From positions 70,144-134,143 of IMG/VR virus record IMGVR_UViG_3300008259_000011: 64,000 nt of DNA; one strand, written 5' to 3'. The position numbers and the translations under genes were made by a program. The notes below the pieces were generated by a model. That model saw only the letters and a list, made by a program, of their open reading frames with translations, was not told where the DNA came from and searched no databases. This document shows, piece by piece, positions 47,715 to 57,953 of this stretch. Position 1 is the stretch's first letter, and the number at the start of each line of letters is the position of its first letter. The stretch comes from a virus.

Positions 47715-47966
47715 ATGACAAAGACCTATCAACGTATTTGTGACCCCGGACACTCTTGGCTTGAAGTGCCCGTCGAAGACGTGCGTGACCTTGCCGGGGT
47801 GTTTGATGAAATTACCAACTACTCTCCTATCAAGAAACGTAAGTTCTATCTTGAGGAAGATTGTGACCTTGATACCTTCTTTATGGCAATGCGTAACAAA
47901 GGATACACGGTCAACATGATAAATATCAATGTGCCAGACTTTGATTCGTATCTGGCCAATCAGTAA
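47715..47966 (+). CDS. hypothetical phage protein
   Basis: DPGH.WL.V, YLEEDCD motifs; terminator follows. Confidence 0.75.
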   Translation: MTKTYQRICDPGHSWLEVPVEDVRDLAGVFDEITNYSPIKKRKFYLEEDCDLDTFFMAMRNKGYTVNMININVPDFDSYLANQ

Positions 47967-48055
47967 AACTTACAAATGCCAAACTAACCACCTGTAAAAA
48001 GGTGGTTTTTTTATGTTGACAAATCTACACTATCCTGATAGACTTATGGTGTAAT

Positions 48056-48406
48056 ATGACTAAAATCTCAAATAACTTTACCGGAAACATTGATGAACTT
48101 CTCAACCATTGCGCTAGCGTTGATGACGCTACTATTGACCAAGCTCTTGAACTTGAACGTGCAATCGAACACGTTATGACTGAATTGGAAATGGACCGTG
48201 AGGAAGCCATGCAGCTTATCCAAGACATTCATCTTGCCGAAGTTCAACAGACAGTTCTTGATATGGTTGACAAGGGATTGTTGGAAGTGACTGGATTCAA
48301 TGAAGATGGTGAACCTCTTTATGGCCAAACTGAACTTGGTAAGAAGTTGTCTCAAGATAGCGATATTCTTGGTTCCATCGACCAACAACGTAAGTCCGAC
48401 GCGTAA
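48056..48406 (+). CDS. hypothetical protein
   Basis: 116 aa ORF. Confidence 0.65.
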   Translation: MTKISNNFTGNIDELLNHCASVDDATIDQALELERAIEHVMTELEMDREEAMQLIQDIHLAEVQQTVLDMVDKGLLEVTGFNEDGEPLYGQTELGKKLSQDSDILGSIDQQRKSDA

Positions 48407-48703
48407 AACTTATTGTCTGGACACAATCAAGTCAGGGTTGACGCGTAAAAGTTTCAACCTTGACTTTCTTCATGCGTTGGTGTATTGGACGCGTAAAAGA
48501 CGACGCGTAAAACCCACAATGGTTGACTTTTCCATTGTGGGTTGTTATGTTATCTGGCTAAACAAAAAACAGCATATTGCTATGCTGTTGCAGTATCTTG
48601 CGTCAATAGGATTTACCGAAGGATGTCAGTTATGAATGAATACCGAAGACCTATTGATCACAGATGAACTCCGCAAGCGGTCATAGCAATATACTGTCAA
48701 AGA

Positions 48704-48892
48704 TCACTTGATACGTAGCAATTGATTACCACGACCAATTGCAACACCTTTACTATCAACTGTAGTATCAGTTTTACTATTATACGTGCCAATCGTTCGA
48801 TTGTTACTGTCGTTCAACCGAGTGATGTTACCTTGCGTTTGGACGCTAGCAACAGTTCGGTTATTCATGTCCTTGATATATGATTTACTCAT
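48704..48892 (-). CDS. hypothetical protein
   Basis: 62 aa ORF with repeated D.NNRT. Confidence 0.6.
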   Translation of the reverse strand: MSKSYIKDMNNRTVASVQTQGNITRLNDSNNRTIGTYNSKTDTTVDSKGVAIGRGNQLLRIK

Positions 48893-48926
48893 GTTGAATA
48901 TATACTACTATGGTTTACTAACAAAG

Positions 48927-49355
48927 TCAACGCTTTTTCTTGCGTTTTTCCAGCTTACTTTGCAATTCCAAGAACTGTTTTACCTTTTCCGGTTCTTGCA
49001 ATTCTCCTTCTTTGGCATATTGTACATTGATAGGTTGAGCAGCGTTTTCAAACACTTTGCTGGTCAAAAACGGTTTATACATAGATGGTTTATCTACGTC
49101 TTTGGCTTTACATACCAACGTTACCAAGCTAAACATGGGTGTGGCTGGATATGGTGCGTCACAATCGGGGTGAAAGTAATCTACTCCAGTTGAACTATCC
49201 ACTAAACTGATCAATTCACATTGATTGTTTAGTTCTTTCATACCAAACACTGCTTCTATAGCCTGGGTAGCCGCCTCCATATAGGGAGAGGGGTGCTTTG
49301 TATCAATAGATACCCTTACCTTCCAATTGCCAGTATCAACAATGTAGTCAGTCAT
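48927..49355 (-). CDS. hypothetical protein
   Basis: 142 aa ORF after TATTTATA. Confidence 0.65.
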   Translation of the reverse strand: MTDYIVDTGNWKVRVSIDTKHPSPYMEAATQAIEAVFGMKELNNQCELISLVDSSTGVDYFHPDCDAPYPATPMFSLVTLVCKAKDVDKPSMYKPFLTSKVFENAAQPINVQYAKEGELQEPEKVKQFLELQSKLEKRKKKR

Positions 49356-49389
49356 AGTTACAATATAAATATGACCAACTACATCTGTT

Positions 49390-49641
49390 TTACTCCAAAA
49401 GTGTCATGTATGGATGATATTGTATAATCGTCCGACTATAGTTCTTATCCGTCATCGGTTCACATATATACAATACATTGTTGTACTTCAACAAACACTG
49501 ATTCATATGATCAGTAAACAACATACGATCAATAGTACCCTTTACCGCAGATAACTCCACATCCTCAATAACAGGATACTTCTGCAACGTAGCGTTAGAC
49601 GACTTTGGCCAAGTAATACCAATAACTTTAGTGGTGGTCAT
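49390..49641 (-). CDS. hypothetical protein
   Basis: 83 aa ORF. Confidence 0.55.
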   Translation of the reverse strand: MTTTKVIGITWPKSSNATLQKYPVIEDVELSAVKGTIDRMLFTDHMNQCLLKYNNVLYICEPMTDKNYSRTIIQYHPYMTLLE

Positions 49642-49644
49642 ATA

Positions 49645-51060
49645 TTACCAAATACGAATATCTCCAGTCAAATCACCATCGTTCAACAAATCCATGTTGT
49701 CAATCTTGAACTGTACACGTTCACAACAACGTTCCTCAATCGTACCAGACGCAAATATAATCTTTTGGATACACGGTGTCTTTCCTTCAGCCCGATGTAT
49801 ACGTCCCAACGCCTGTGACAAATGTATAGCACTAAACGATGGATTCAATATAGCACCCCTAGCATACTTGCCATTCAAATCATGTAACCCAATACCATCA
49901 TTACCCGCAGCCATATTCACCAACATAATACGTTTACGATCCTCCTGAAACGCATCAATAATGCTTTGACGTTTCTTACTACTCTGCCCACCCACAATAA
50001 TGCCAACCTCATCACCATACAACGCTTCTAACCTCGTCTGCAACGCTTCAATAGTCTCAGTGAAGTTCACAAACACAACCGGACTAATATTCTCCCGGTA
50101 CCATTCAGTAACCATATCAATCATCGTTGGTACCTTCAAAACTTCAGCCATACGACGAGCCCTAACCATCTGCGCAAATACATGAGAACTATACTCACTA
50201 GCATCCTTGTCCAACCTGTCAATCTCCGCCTGCATCAACTCATACACCCGTTGAATCTTTGAAGTATTATCACCCATATCCACACACTCAGCAAATACAC
50301 GATTATCAGGAAACAAAGACTTCATCTGTTCCCGCGTCAACCTACTAGCCAATTGCTGAACATTAAACAAACTATTATGTATAGTCCTCATTCCCTGTTG
50401 AGTACGTGCACTAGCCAAATTCAATTGCTGTCCAAATTGTGTCTGCACAACATCACAAACACCATCCACCCACGCCTTAAACGTATACCCACTATGCAAA
50501 TTAGTAGCATACCCAAACGCCCTCATCTCCGTAGGCATAGTAGCAGCACTAGCACTCATCATCAATACCTTATAACCCTCACGCTTAAACCGTATCGGTA
50601 TCACACTCGTAAGACTACTGCCACCCTTACAACGATGAATCTCATCCATGATAACCAAACTGTTCTTGGGTATCTTGATCTTAATACCACATTCCTTGTC
50701 CCATATACTAGAACGCATAAACGTATTGTTATTGAATTCCAATAAATGGTGACACTTTGTCCCACGAATCAATTGCTCATAGTTGACAATATGGTTGTTA
50801 CAATAACCATCAAACGCCACCGCCTTACCATTCAAAGCACTATTAACCTTAATGCCAACGCTATTCAATATACGTTGCCATACCGGAATAACACCTTTAG
50901 GACAAATAACCGTGATAGGCACATTCATCTGTTTGGCAATCCATGTTGCCACATACGTTTTGCCACATCCAGTTTCACTCAAATCTGCAGCAACTCCATT
51001 GAGATACAAACTATCCAACAGACGCTTAGCATGATCCACCTGCGGTTCCAATAATGTCAT
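49645..51060 (-). CDS. SF2 (SNF2-like) helicase
   Basis: ETGCGKT, DEIH, SAS, GIGL, QALGRIHR. Confidence 0.9.
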   Translation of the reverse strand: MTLLEPQVDHAKRLLDSLYLNGVAADLSETGCGKTYVATWIAKQMNVPITVICPKGVIPVWQRILNSVGIKVNSALNGKAVAFDGYCNNHIVNYEQLIRGTKCHHLLEFNNNTFMRSSIWDKECGIKIKIPKNSLVIMDEIHRCKGGSSLTSVIPIRFKREGYKVLMMSASAATMPTEMRAFGYATNLHSGYTFKAWVDGVCDVVQTQFGQQLNLASARTQQGMRTIHNSLFNVQQLASRLTREQMKSLFPDNRVFAECVDMGDNTSKIQRVYELMQAEIDRLDKDASEYSSHVFAQMVRARRMAEVLKVPTMIDMVTEWYRENISPVVFVNFTETIEALQTRLEALYGDEVGIIVGGQSSKKRQSIIDAFQEDRKRIMLVNMAAGNDGIGLHDLNGKYARGAILNPSFSAIHLSQALGRIHRAEGKTPCIQKIIFASGTIEERCCERVQFKIDNMDLLNDGDLTGDIRIW

Positions 51061-51091
51061 AAATTTTATAGAAAGTAGAGTCTACCACACT

Positions 51092-51832
51092 TTAGACGGT
51101 TGTCAACCCCTTACGACCCTGATTCTTATCGGAATAACCCATAATGCCAACCTTCCTCAATTCACTAATAGCCTTGCTGGCTTTGCTACCCTTCGGCTGC
51201 TTTCCATGAATCAATAACGCAAAATCACCCCCGGTACCATACGCATGACTATCATCATGATCAATAGCTAACCCCATATCACTCGCTTCCTTCTCACTAT
51301 ACACCACAACTGCACTACGCAAATCATGTTGCTTAATCAAATAATCATGCTTGCCACCATAACTAGCAGTCAATCGAAAGTTAGCCGGTATCTTATCCAA
51401 CCTATTCACCCAATACACCAAACTTTTCGTATAAGCATAAAAGATACAGTCAGGACGCTCAATTGCCACCCTCAACCAAGCATCAAAGTACTCCTGACTA
51501 TAAAAGTCACCAGCCACATGAATACGCACCTTCTTAGCCTTACGACTCAAACTGATATCAATCAACTCATACATACAGTCCTTGGCAGCCACCAACAAAT
51601 CAAAGTTATGCCACCTGCTAATCCTCACATTAGGATACAAATTCTCCTGACTAGCACTAAAACACCGAAATACAGCATTCTTTCCATCAACCAAATGGCC
51701 ACCCCCACGATTCACTTTTGCCAAACATTGTTCCGCAAACGGACAAGTCCATCCACTCGGTAAACTAAACGTGTAAATCTCCTTGTCCAGTTTAGCGTTA
51801 CCACGTCCAAACGAAAGCGTTTCAATCATCAC
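51092..51832 (-). CDS. GP88 family protein
   Basis: FSLPSGWTCP.A..C, RIHVAGDFYS..Y...W, FYAYTKS. Confidence 0.8.
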   Translation of the reverse strand: MMIETLSFGRGNAKLDKEIYTFSLPSGWTCPFAEQCLAKVNRGGGHLVDGKNAVFRCFSASQENLYPNVRISRWHNFDLLVAAKDCMYELIDISLSRKAKKVRIHVAGDFYSQEYFDAWLRVAIERPDCIFYAYTKSLVYWVNRLDKIPANFRLTASYGGKHDYLIKQHDLRSAVVVYSEKEASDMGLAIDHDDSHAYGTGGDFALLIHGKQPKGSKASKAISELRKVGIMGYSDKNQGRKGLTTV

Positions 51833-52139
51833 GAACGCAGTGTAAACGACCCACAGCCACTTTCAACACCTTTCTTCAACTTTCTCACACACCCCCAGAC
51901 GCGTAAAACCCAAACACCCAAACAACCCATCGACGCGTAAAACCTTTAGTCTTGACCAAACCTAAGCGTTAGCGTATCCACCCAGACGCGTAAAACCATA
52001 CCCCTTGACAAAACACACCAACCATGATACCCCAAGACGCGTAAAACTTTAGCGCTTGACATCCTACCCAAACCATGATAAACTATTAGCGTACACCCCC
52101 TGCGCAAATTCGATAACCACAACCCCATCACTACCATTG

Positions 52140-52980
52140 TTTCACCAACGCTAGCGTTTGTCAACAGCAAACATACCTAGTGCCAAACTTGGTCGTCCCT
52201 TTACCAAAAATCGCTTGCTCTGTCAAGCACTTTCTAACGCAGCGTTTGTCAACCTCAAAAGCGTTCGTGAAGCGTTCGTGACGCAGCGTTGGTAGCGTTT
52301 GTCAAGCGTCAAAGTAGCGTTAGTGAAGATAGTATCGTAAGTAACGTAAGTATCGTGAGTTCATAACCACCAACGCTTGTCAAGCGTATTCGTATTACGC
52401 GTCGTGGTCATATAACGCTTTGTTGTAGCGTCAGCGTCATAGCGTAGCGTTGGTTAATGCAGCGTTAGTAGCGTTTGTCAAGCACATTGCTTATGTTAGT
52501 ACCGTAAGTACCATACTATCTTTACTCACGTTATTGACACAAATAACGCTTGACAAACATACGCTTTTGTGGGAAAATGAGAGGTTTGACGCTATATATA
52601 CGAAATTCGTATGAAAAATGGGGTTCGACGCTAACGTCTGGTTATTATTGAGCGTTCAACCATATATACGTATATACAGTTTTGTATATATGAGTTTATA
52701 GTAATGTAGTATATATACAAGCGTTTGATCATATATACGGATACTTTTTATAAAATAGTTATGTTAACTGGGGGTATATTTGTGGGGGTATTTGGGTAAT
52801 TATTTAGCGTTGGGGAGGGGGTATTGTGAGCGTTAGTGGGGTAGTGTATATATGAGTGTAGGGTAATATATATAGCGTTGGTTGGGGGTGAGTGTTGTGG
52901 TTGTGTGTGTGTGTGGGGGTGGGGGCAATCCTCTCCCTATGGGGAGGGAGGGTGTTTTGAATTGACGTTATGAGGTGGGT
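52140..52980. other. non-coding repeat-rich region at a GC-skew inversion (origin or terminus candidate)
   Basis: repeated AGCGTT/GCGTTTGTCAA, TATATA-rich stretch, C-rich to G-rich switch, divergent genes. Confidence 0.5.
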
Positions 52981-52988
52981 GTGGTAGT

Positions 52989-53513
52989 GTGTGTTGTATG
53001 AGTGTGGATAGTGTTATGGATAGGCAATTTATGAAGGTGGAGAGGGTTATGAATATGCATATGGAGTATGCGGTGAGCAATGGGGAGTGGGTGCGTAGCA
53101 ATGGTTATTATACGTTGTCACAGTTTATACAGAATGAGTTGTGTATAGTGGGAGATGGCATGAGTTTGTATTCGTATAGGGGGGTGGGGTATTATTATGT
53201 GCGTAATGTGTATGGGTTAGAGTATAGGAGTTGTAGTGGTAGGTATGTTGGTGGAGTGGAGACTGGCAGGGCGATATTGGATCCGTGGGGTAGGGTATTT
53301 AGTGTATTTCCGTATCAGCGTAGGATGGGTGGTAATATTATACATGGGTATGATGGGTATTATAGTGGGGTGGTGAGTAGTGTGGTATATCATGATGAGC
53401 GTAAGGTGGATAGAGATAGAATAGTGGATAATGTTATGGTATTGGTTACGAGTGTGAGTGGGGTTGCGGTGTATTGTGTGGATATATTGGCTGGTGAGTA
53501 TGATGGAGTATGA
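52989..53513 (+). CDS. hypothetical protein, paralog family A
   Basis: YYVRN.YG.EY, DPW.R.F.VFP, VYC.DILAGEY; start uncertain. Confidence 0.7.
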   Translation: MCCMSVDSVMDRQFMKVERVMNMHMEYAVSNGEWVRSNGYYTLSQFIQNELCIVGDGMSLYSYRGVGYYYVRNVYGLEYRSCSGRYVGGVETGRAILDPWGRVFSVFPYQRRMGGNIIHGYDGYYSGVVSSVVYHDERKVDRDRIVDNVMVLVTSVSGVAVYCVDILAGEYDGV

Positions 53514-53539
53514 TGTGATATTTTATTTTATCTGTATAT

Positions 53540-54016
53540 ATGAAGAGTGATAATAATAGTCATTTGGAATACCCGGTGGTTAATGTTGAGTGGGTATTGA
53601 ATAATAGTGGGCATACGTTATGTAATTTGATGGGCAACTGGTTAGATATTAAAAATAGGGATACCGGGCGTGATTTGTTGAGGTATGCTGGAATAACGGA
53701 TTATTATGTTAGGAATGAGTATGGGTATGAGTATAAGAGCAGTAGGGATGTTCATGGTTTATTAACTAATAGGTATATGAAGGATCCGTGGAACCGGGAG
53801 TTTTTGGTATTTCCGGGTGATATGAGTGGCAAGGTAGGCAAGCATGGGTATGAGCGTTATTATAGTGGTGTTGTGTATAAGACTGTGTATCACAATGAGT
53901 TTAAGGGAGGTGATACGAGTTATATTAGGCACAATGTGATGTTATTGACTACTACTGTTAATGGTAGCGTTGTGTATTGTTTGGATATATTGGCTGGGGA
54001 GTACAAGCATTTTTAA
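53540..54016 (+). CDS. hypothetical protein, paralog family A
   Basis: same motifs as the upstream gene. Confidence 0.75.
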   Translation: MKSDNNSHLEYPVVNVEWVLNNSGHTLCNLMGNWLDIKNRDTGRDLLRYAGITDYYVRNEYGYEYKSSRDVHGLLTNRYMKDPWNREFLVFPGDMSGKVGKHGYERYYSGVVYKTVYHNEFKGGDTSYIRHNVMLLTTTVNGSVVYCLDILAGEYKHF

Positions 54017-54112
54017 GTCATATATATTGGTGTACCGGGCGAAGAAATGAGGGTGGGTGGGCACAAATAAACCTCTCTATATGGGGGGATGGTTATATTT
54101 ATTTGATAATAT

Positions 54113-54526
54113 ATGAACTACCGGGATTTTTATAAGGATTTATTATTAGAACTTGAATTTAATGTTGCACCATATCCTGAACATCCGCATGGGTTTATTG
54201 GATGGAAAGGAAAAATGGTATGGATGTCACCGGACAAGTTTCTTTCATTGGCTAGAAAGTTGGATTTTCCATATGAAGATTCATTGGAATCGTTAAGACA
54301 GGCAATGAAACTAGGTCAACCTATTCCTCATCTTATGTTGGGGGTTGATATGGTAAAGAGAAAAGTTGTTGATCATGAGGGTAGGCATCGTGCGACAGTT
54401 GCCAAAGAGTTGGGTATAGAGAAGGTTCCTGTGTTTATTTATACTGGAAACTACACAAGAACTCCGAGTTGGACTGAAGAGGACCATGATGTTGTTGATA
54501 ATTTGAAATTTGACCGTGAGGGTTAA
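54113..54526 (+). CDS. ParB/Srx-like domain protein with MNYRDFY motif
   Basis: HEGRHRA..A..LG...VPV. Confidence 0.75.
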   Translation: MNYRDFYKDLLLELEFNVAPYPEHPHGFIGWKGKMVWMSPDKFLSLARKLDFPYEDSLESLRQAMKLGQPIPHLMLGVDMVKRKVVDHEGRHRATVAKELGIEKVPVFIYTGNYTRTPSWTEEDHDVVDNLKFDREG

Positions 54527-54562
54527 AAAGTATAAAAGGTGACGAACATATATTTATAGCGT

Positions 54563-55078
54563 ATGCAATACCGTGATTTTTTTATTGAAAGTTTGAGTGA
54601 TTCGTATCGTTATAGTGATGGTTTCAAAACTGAGACTATTGATTATGAGGATGAGGATACCGGGGAAGTTTATAAGAAAGATGTATTACAACCGGTTCAG
54701 ATAATTCGTTTTGTTGGTGGTGATGGTACGCCCTATATATGGTATGCTCGGCAAAATCATTATGACAATACGTTGTGGACTATAGCGTTTGGTATATTTA
54801 CTGGTATTGATGCACGTGGGTCTAACAAGTTGGACATTAATTTGAGCAACAAGAATGATGCTTTTAGGGTATTATCTACTGTGATTGACATTACCAATGA
54901 TTTTGTGGATTTTGATGGAGATAATTATGAGGTACAGCGTATGATGTTTACGTCTGAGGGTGATAAGCGTACATCGTTGTATTTGAAGCGAGTTGTTCCA
55001 CGTATTAGGAATTTCAAAGTTGACAGTGTGGATAAGGTTGGAACTGAGAGTACGGTTATGTTAGTGAGGACCAATTAA
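54563..55078 (+). CDS. hypothetical protein with MQYRDFFIE motif
   Basis: 171 aa ORF after TATTTATA. Confidence 0.7.
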   Translation: MQYRDFFIESLSDSYRYSDGFKTETIDYEDEDTGEVYKKDVLQPVQIIRFVGGDGTPYIWYARQNHYDNTLWTIAFGIFTGIDARGSNKLDINLSNKNDAFRVLSTVIDITNDFVDFDGDNYEVQRMMFTSEGDKRTSLYLKRVVPRIRNFKVDSVDKVGTESTVMLVRTN

Positions 55079-55087
55079 AGTTTTGGT

Positions 55088-55525
55088 TTAGTGTTTATTG
55101 ATGATTCTCCATACGGTTACTTCTGACCATGGTTTACTGTATCTGGTTTTGATATTTTGTTGGTTTAGGGTATGGGCTATTTGTTTGAGGGTATGGCCTT
55201 GGTTGTAGTATTGTACTATGGTGGGTTTGATATTTTTGTAGAAGTCCAGGCATTTTTGTCTATTTGCGACTCTGCCTATTTTTGATACTTCGTTTATGTT
55301 GGGACTGCCGAATGTTCTATCTGGGTGTTGTTGTTTCCATTTTTGCATACCGTTTTTGATTAGGGATGACAGCGATATATTTCTTGGTTTGAGACTGTGC
55401 ACTTTATCGTGGCATGGTTGACATAGAGGTATGGTATTTTTGCCACCTAGGGATTGTGGTACTACGTGGTGGTGTACGATATTGTTTGGTGATTGGCATT
55501 CGAAGCAGTTGTGTATATTTTTCAT
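55088..55525 (-). CDS. HNH endonuclease with recombinase-type DNA-binding C-terminus
   Basis: CFEC, HHVVP.SLGG, LCQPCH..VH; IA..LN...I.T....W....V. Confidence 0.8.
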   Translation of the reverse strand: MKNIHNCFECQSPNNIVHHHVVPQSLGGKNTIPLCQPCHDKVHSLKPRNISLSSLIKNGMQKWKQQHPDRTFGSPNINEVSKIGRVANRQKCLDFYKNIKPTIVQYYNQGHTLKQIAHTLNQQNIKTRYSKPWSEVTVWRIINKH

Positions 55526-55604
55526 AGTTGATGTGTATGATATATAGGGTACTATGAATATATAAAAATTGTATTGATAAACTATAACAGTATTTATAGT
55601 TTAT

Positions 55605-56627
55605 ATGGAGGGTGTTATAAGTGATAATGATAATTGTGTAAGTACCGGGGGTGAAAAAGCGTTAGAGAGTGAGGTTGGTGTTGGTGGGTGGTTTGTTGAC
55701 AATCGTGATCGGGTGATATGGTGTAAGCGTGGTGGGCGAGTTATCAATGTGTGGGATGAGTATGTGGCGATGTTGGGTAGTATACGGGAGTTTTTGTTTG
55801 GTGGTGAGTTTTTGAGTAATGAGAAGTATCGGCGTGGCAGTAAGAAGACGTTGGATGTACAGACTGCGGTTAGGAGGTATATACGTGATGTTTATGGTTG
55901 TAGTTTTTCACAGACGTATAGTCTTGTGCATGGTGTTAGTGTGAATGTGAATCACAATGTTATATATGATGCGTTGATTGATTATTATGGTATAGATGGT
56001 ATGGATTGGGGGTATTTGTCTAGGGGTGTGAGGTGTTTTTATACGGACAATGACAAGATACTGGAGTATATTGCGAATGACACGTTGGTTAAGGGAGGAA
56101 TGTATGATTATTTTATTAAGAACCACGCGTTAAAAGTTGATGGTGTTGGTATTAATACGAGTCGTAGAGATGGTCGTTCACGTAAGGTGATACGGTTGAA
56201 GTGGAGAGATGGTGGTAGGACGTGTGATTTATCAGAGTTGGTGGTTAACAAGCGTCATGCGTGGAAACATATGACTAAGGATGAGGATCGTGTTGGCATA
56301 CGTGATTATGATAGATTTTTGGATGGTAGAGATGAGAGTTTGGTGATGCCAGATCGTTGTCCTGTGTTTGGAAATGTTGTTTTGAATTATACCGGGATTG
56401 ATTTCAACAATGGAATGAAGAACAAGAAGCGTTGTAGTTTGACGGTGTATGAGGGCAGCAATGAAATTGAGTGGAGTGCGGCTAGTATAGATAGAATTGA
56501 TAGTAACAAGGGGTATACGTATGACAACATACGGGTTATTAGTGATTTTGCGAATGGGTTAAAGAATTGTTATAGTGAGTATCATTTTGAGCGTGTGTTG
56601 GAGTATGTTAGGAGTAACCCGAAGTAG
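55605..56627 (+). CDS. putative HNH-like endonuclease
   Basis: CPVFG, SIDRIDSNKGY..DNIRVIS..AN..K. Confidence 0.75.
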   Translation: MEGVISDNDNCVSTGGEKALESEVGVGGWFVDNRDRVIWCKRGGRVINVWDEYVAMLGSIREFLFGGEFLSNEKYRRGSKKTLDVQTAVRRYIRDVYGCSFSQTYSLVHGVSVNVNHNVIYDALIDYYGIDGMDWGYLSRGVRCFYTDNDKILEYIANDTLVKGGMYDYFIKNHALKVDGVGINTSRRDGRSRKVIRLKWRDGGRTCDLSELVVNKRHAWKHMTKDEDRVGIRDYDRFLDGRDESLVMPDRCPVFGNVVLNYTGIDFNNGMKNKKRCSLTVYEGSNEIEWSAASIDRIDSNKGYTYDNIRVISDFANGLKNCYSEYHFERVLEYVRSNPK

Positions 56628-56720
56628 ATTTGGTATATGTGTGTGGTGCAATGCCCCTCTATATGGGGTGGGAGGATGTTTGTATGGTGTTTGTTACTTT
56701 GTTATTATATTTATGTTGAT

Positions 56721-57446
56721 ATGACCGGGAATAATAACAAACAACGTTGTAATGAAATAGGTGTTGGTGATGTTATCAGTATTGCAAGTGGTATTGTGTT
56801 GGCTATATTGGCGATACCGGTGGTGGGTGCTGCGTTTTTGAATGTGATTAAAGCGATGATTGGGTACATGATACCAATTGACAAGATCAAGGCGAAGATT
56901 GGATACAAGAAGGGTACGATGAGATTTGCCAATGATAAACGTGGTCATTTGGATGTGCAGAGACATCCTGAGGAGTTACCGATTAACAATGTGTTTACTA
57001 ATTATATATTTCCGTTTGTGGAGTCGATAGTTGAGTATGCTGATCAGATTGCGATTGCGTATATTAATGGTATAATGAGGATATTGAAGAAGGTACCTAA
57101 ATTAAAGAACAAAAGTGATAGTGATTTGAAGCATATAGCGTTGACTTTGTATTATACGTTGACTGTGGGGTTGATAATGAAGTTGGTGAAGTTATTGATG
57201 TTAAAGAAAGGATTGGTGGGTGATACTGCTGCGTATAAGAGTATACGTGATATAATCACCAATGGTTTGAAGTTTGGCAGTTATGATTTGGATTTTGATG
57301 ATATGGAAAGAGAGAGCAACATTATGTTTTCTCACAAGTCACTTGCGCCTATTGTGAAGGAGTTGACTGATAGAGTTGGTAGTATGTTACATATATTTGA
57401 GGATCAAAGTGTGAGTTACCGTGATTTTTATGATGATTCAAAGTGA
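56721..57446 (+). CDS. hypothetical protein with hydrophobic helix; C-terminal YRDFY
   Basis: likely start MTGNNNK. Confidence 0.65.
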   Translation: MTGNNNKQRCNEIGVGDVISIASGIVLAILAIPVVGAAFLNVIKAMIGYMIPIDKIKAKIGYKKGTMRFANDKRGHLDVQRHPEELPINNVFTNYIFPFVESIVEYADQIAIAYINGIMRILKKVPKLKNKSDSDLKHIALTLYYTLTVGLIMKLVKLLMLKKGLVGDTAAYKSIRDIITNGLKFGSYDLDFDDMERESNIMFSHKSLAPIVKELTDRVGSMLHIFEDQSVSYRDFYDDSK

Positions 57447-57532
57447 TTTGTATATATGATTTAAGAACCCCGTTCATTTTGAAGTGGACGGGGTTTTTTG
57501 TTGACATTTATGGTGTGGGTGGTAAGTTTAGA

Positions 57533-57911
57533 TATGATACGTACATCAAGTGTTATAAAGGATGGTGCATTGGTTAAGAGTCATACTGATTATCCGGTGA
57601 CCAATAAAACGTGGAAGTTGATGGAAATTGAGTTATCTGTGTATTTGGACAGTTTAAATTTAACGGATCCAACGAATAGTATATTTGAAAATTATAATGA
57701 TATTTGGAATTGGTATTTAAGGTCACCAAATCGTAATGAGTCAAATTTGGATCCGTGGAATCGATTTTTTGTATTTTATCCGCCTGAAAAGATACCTTCT
57801 CAAGCTGCTTTGTATAAGTATCAAATTCTTACCCACGACAATTTTGCTGTGTATGTCATTGTGACTACTGTAAATGGTGAGCGGGTATACTGTGTAGATA
57901 TAATATTGTGA
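57533..57911 (+). CDS. hypothetical protein, paralog family A (divergent)
   Basis: DPWNRFFVFYP, VTTVNGERVYCVDI; start approximate. Confidence 0.65.
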
Positions 57912-57953
57912 TAAGTTATATTTTATGTTATTGGTTATGTATTTATTTAATAT

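Larger units (their letters stand above)
34193..52046 (+). repeat. dispersed polar repeat GACGCGTAAAA(C), 30 copies, usually followed ~8-9 nt later by TTGAC
   Basis: copies counted by eye, e.g. 34569, 34623, 34914, 34968, 36747, 36801, 37114, 37165, 38719, 38770, 40089, 40144, 42983, 43034, 48398, 51932, 51985, 52036. Confidence 0.9.

Noticed and set aside
34193-52046. CRISPR array formed by GACGCGTAAAAC repeats
   Set aside because: Repeat core is only ~12 bp, clusters have 2-4 units separated by whole genes, spacers resemble each other, and no cas genes are visible.
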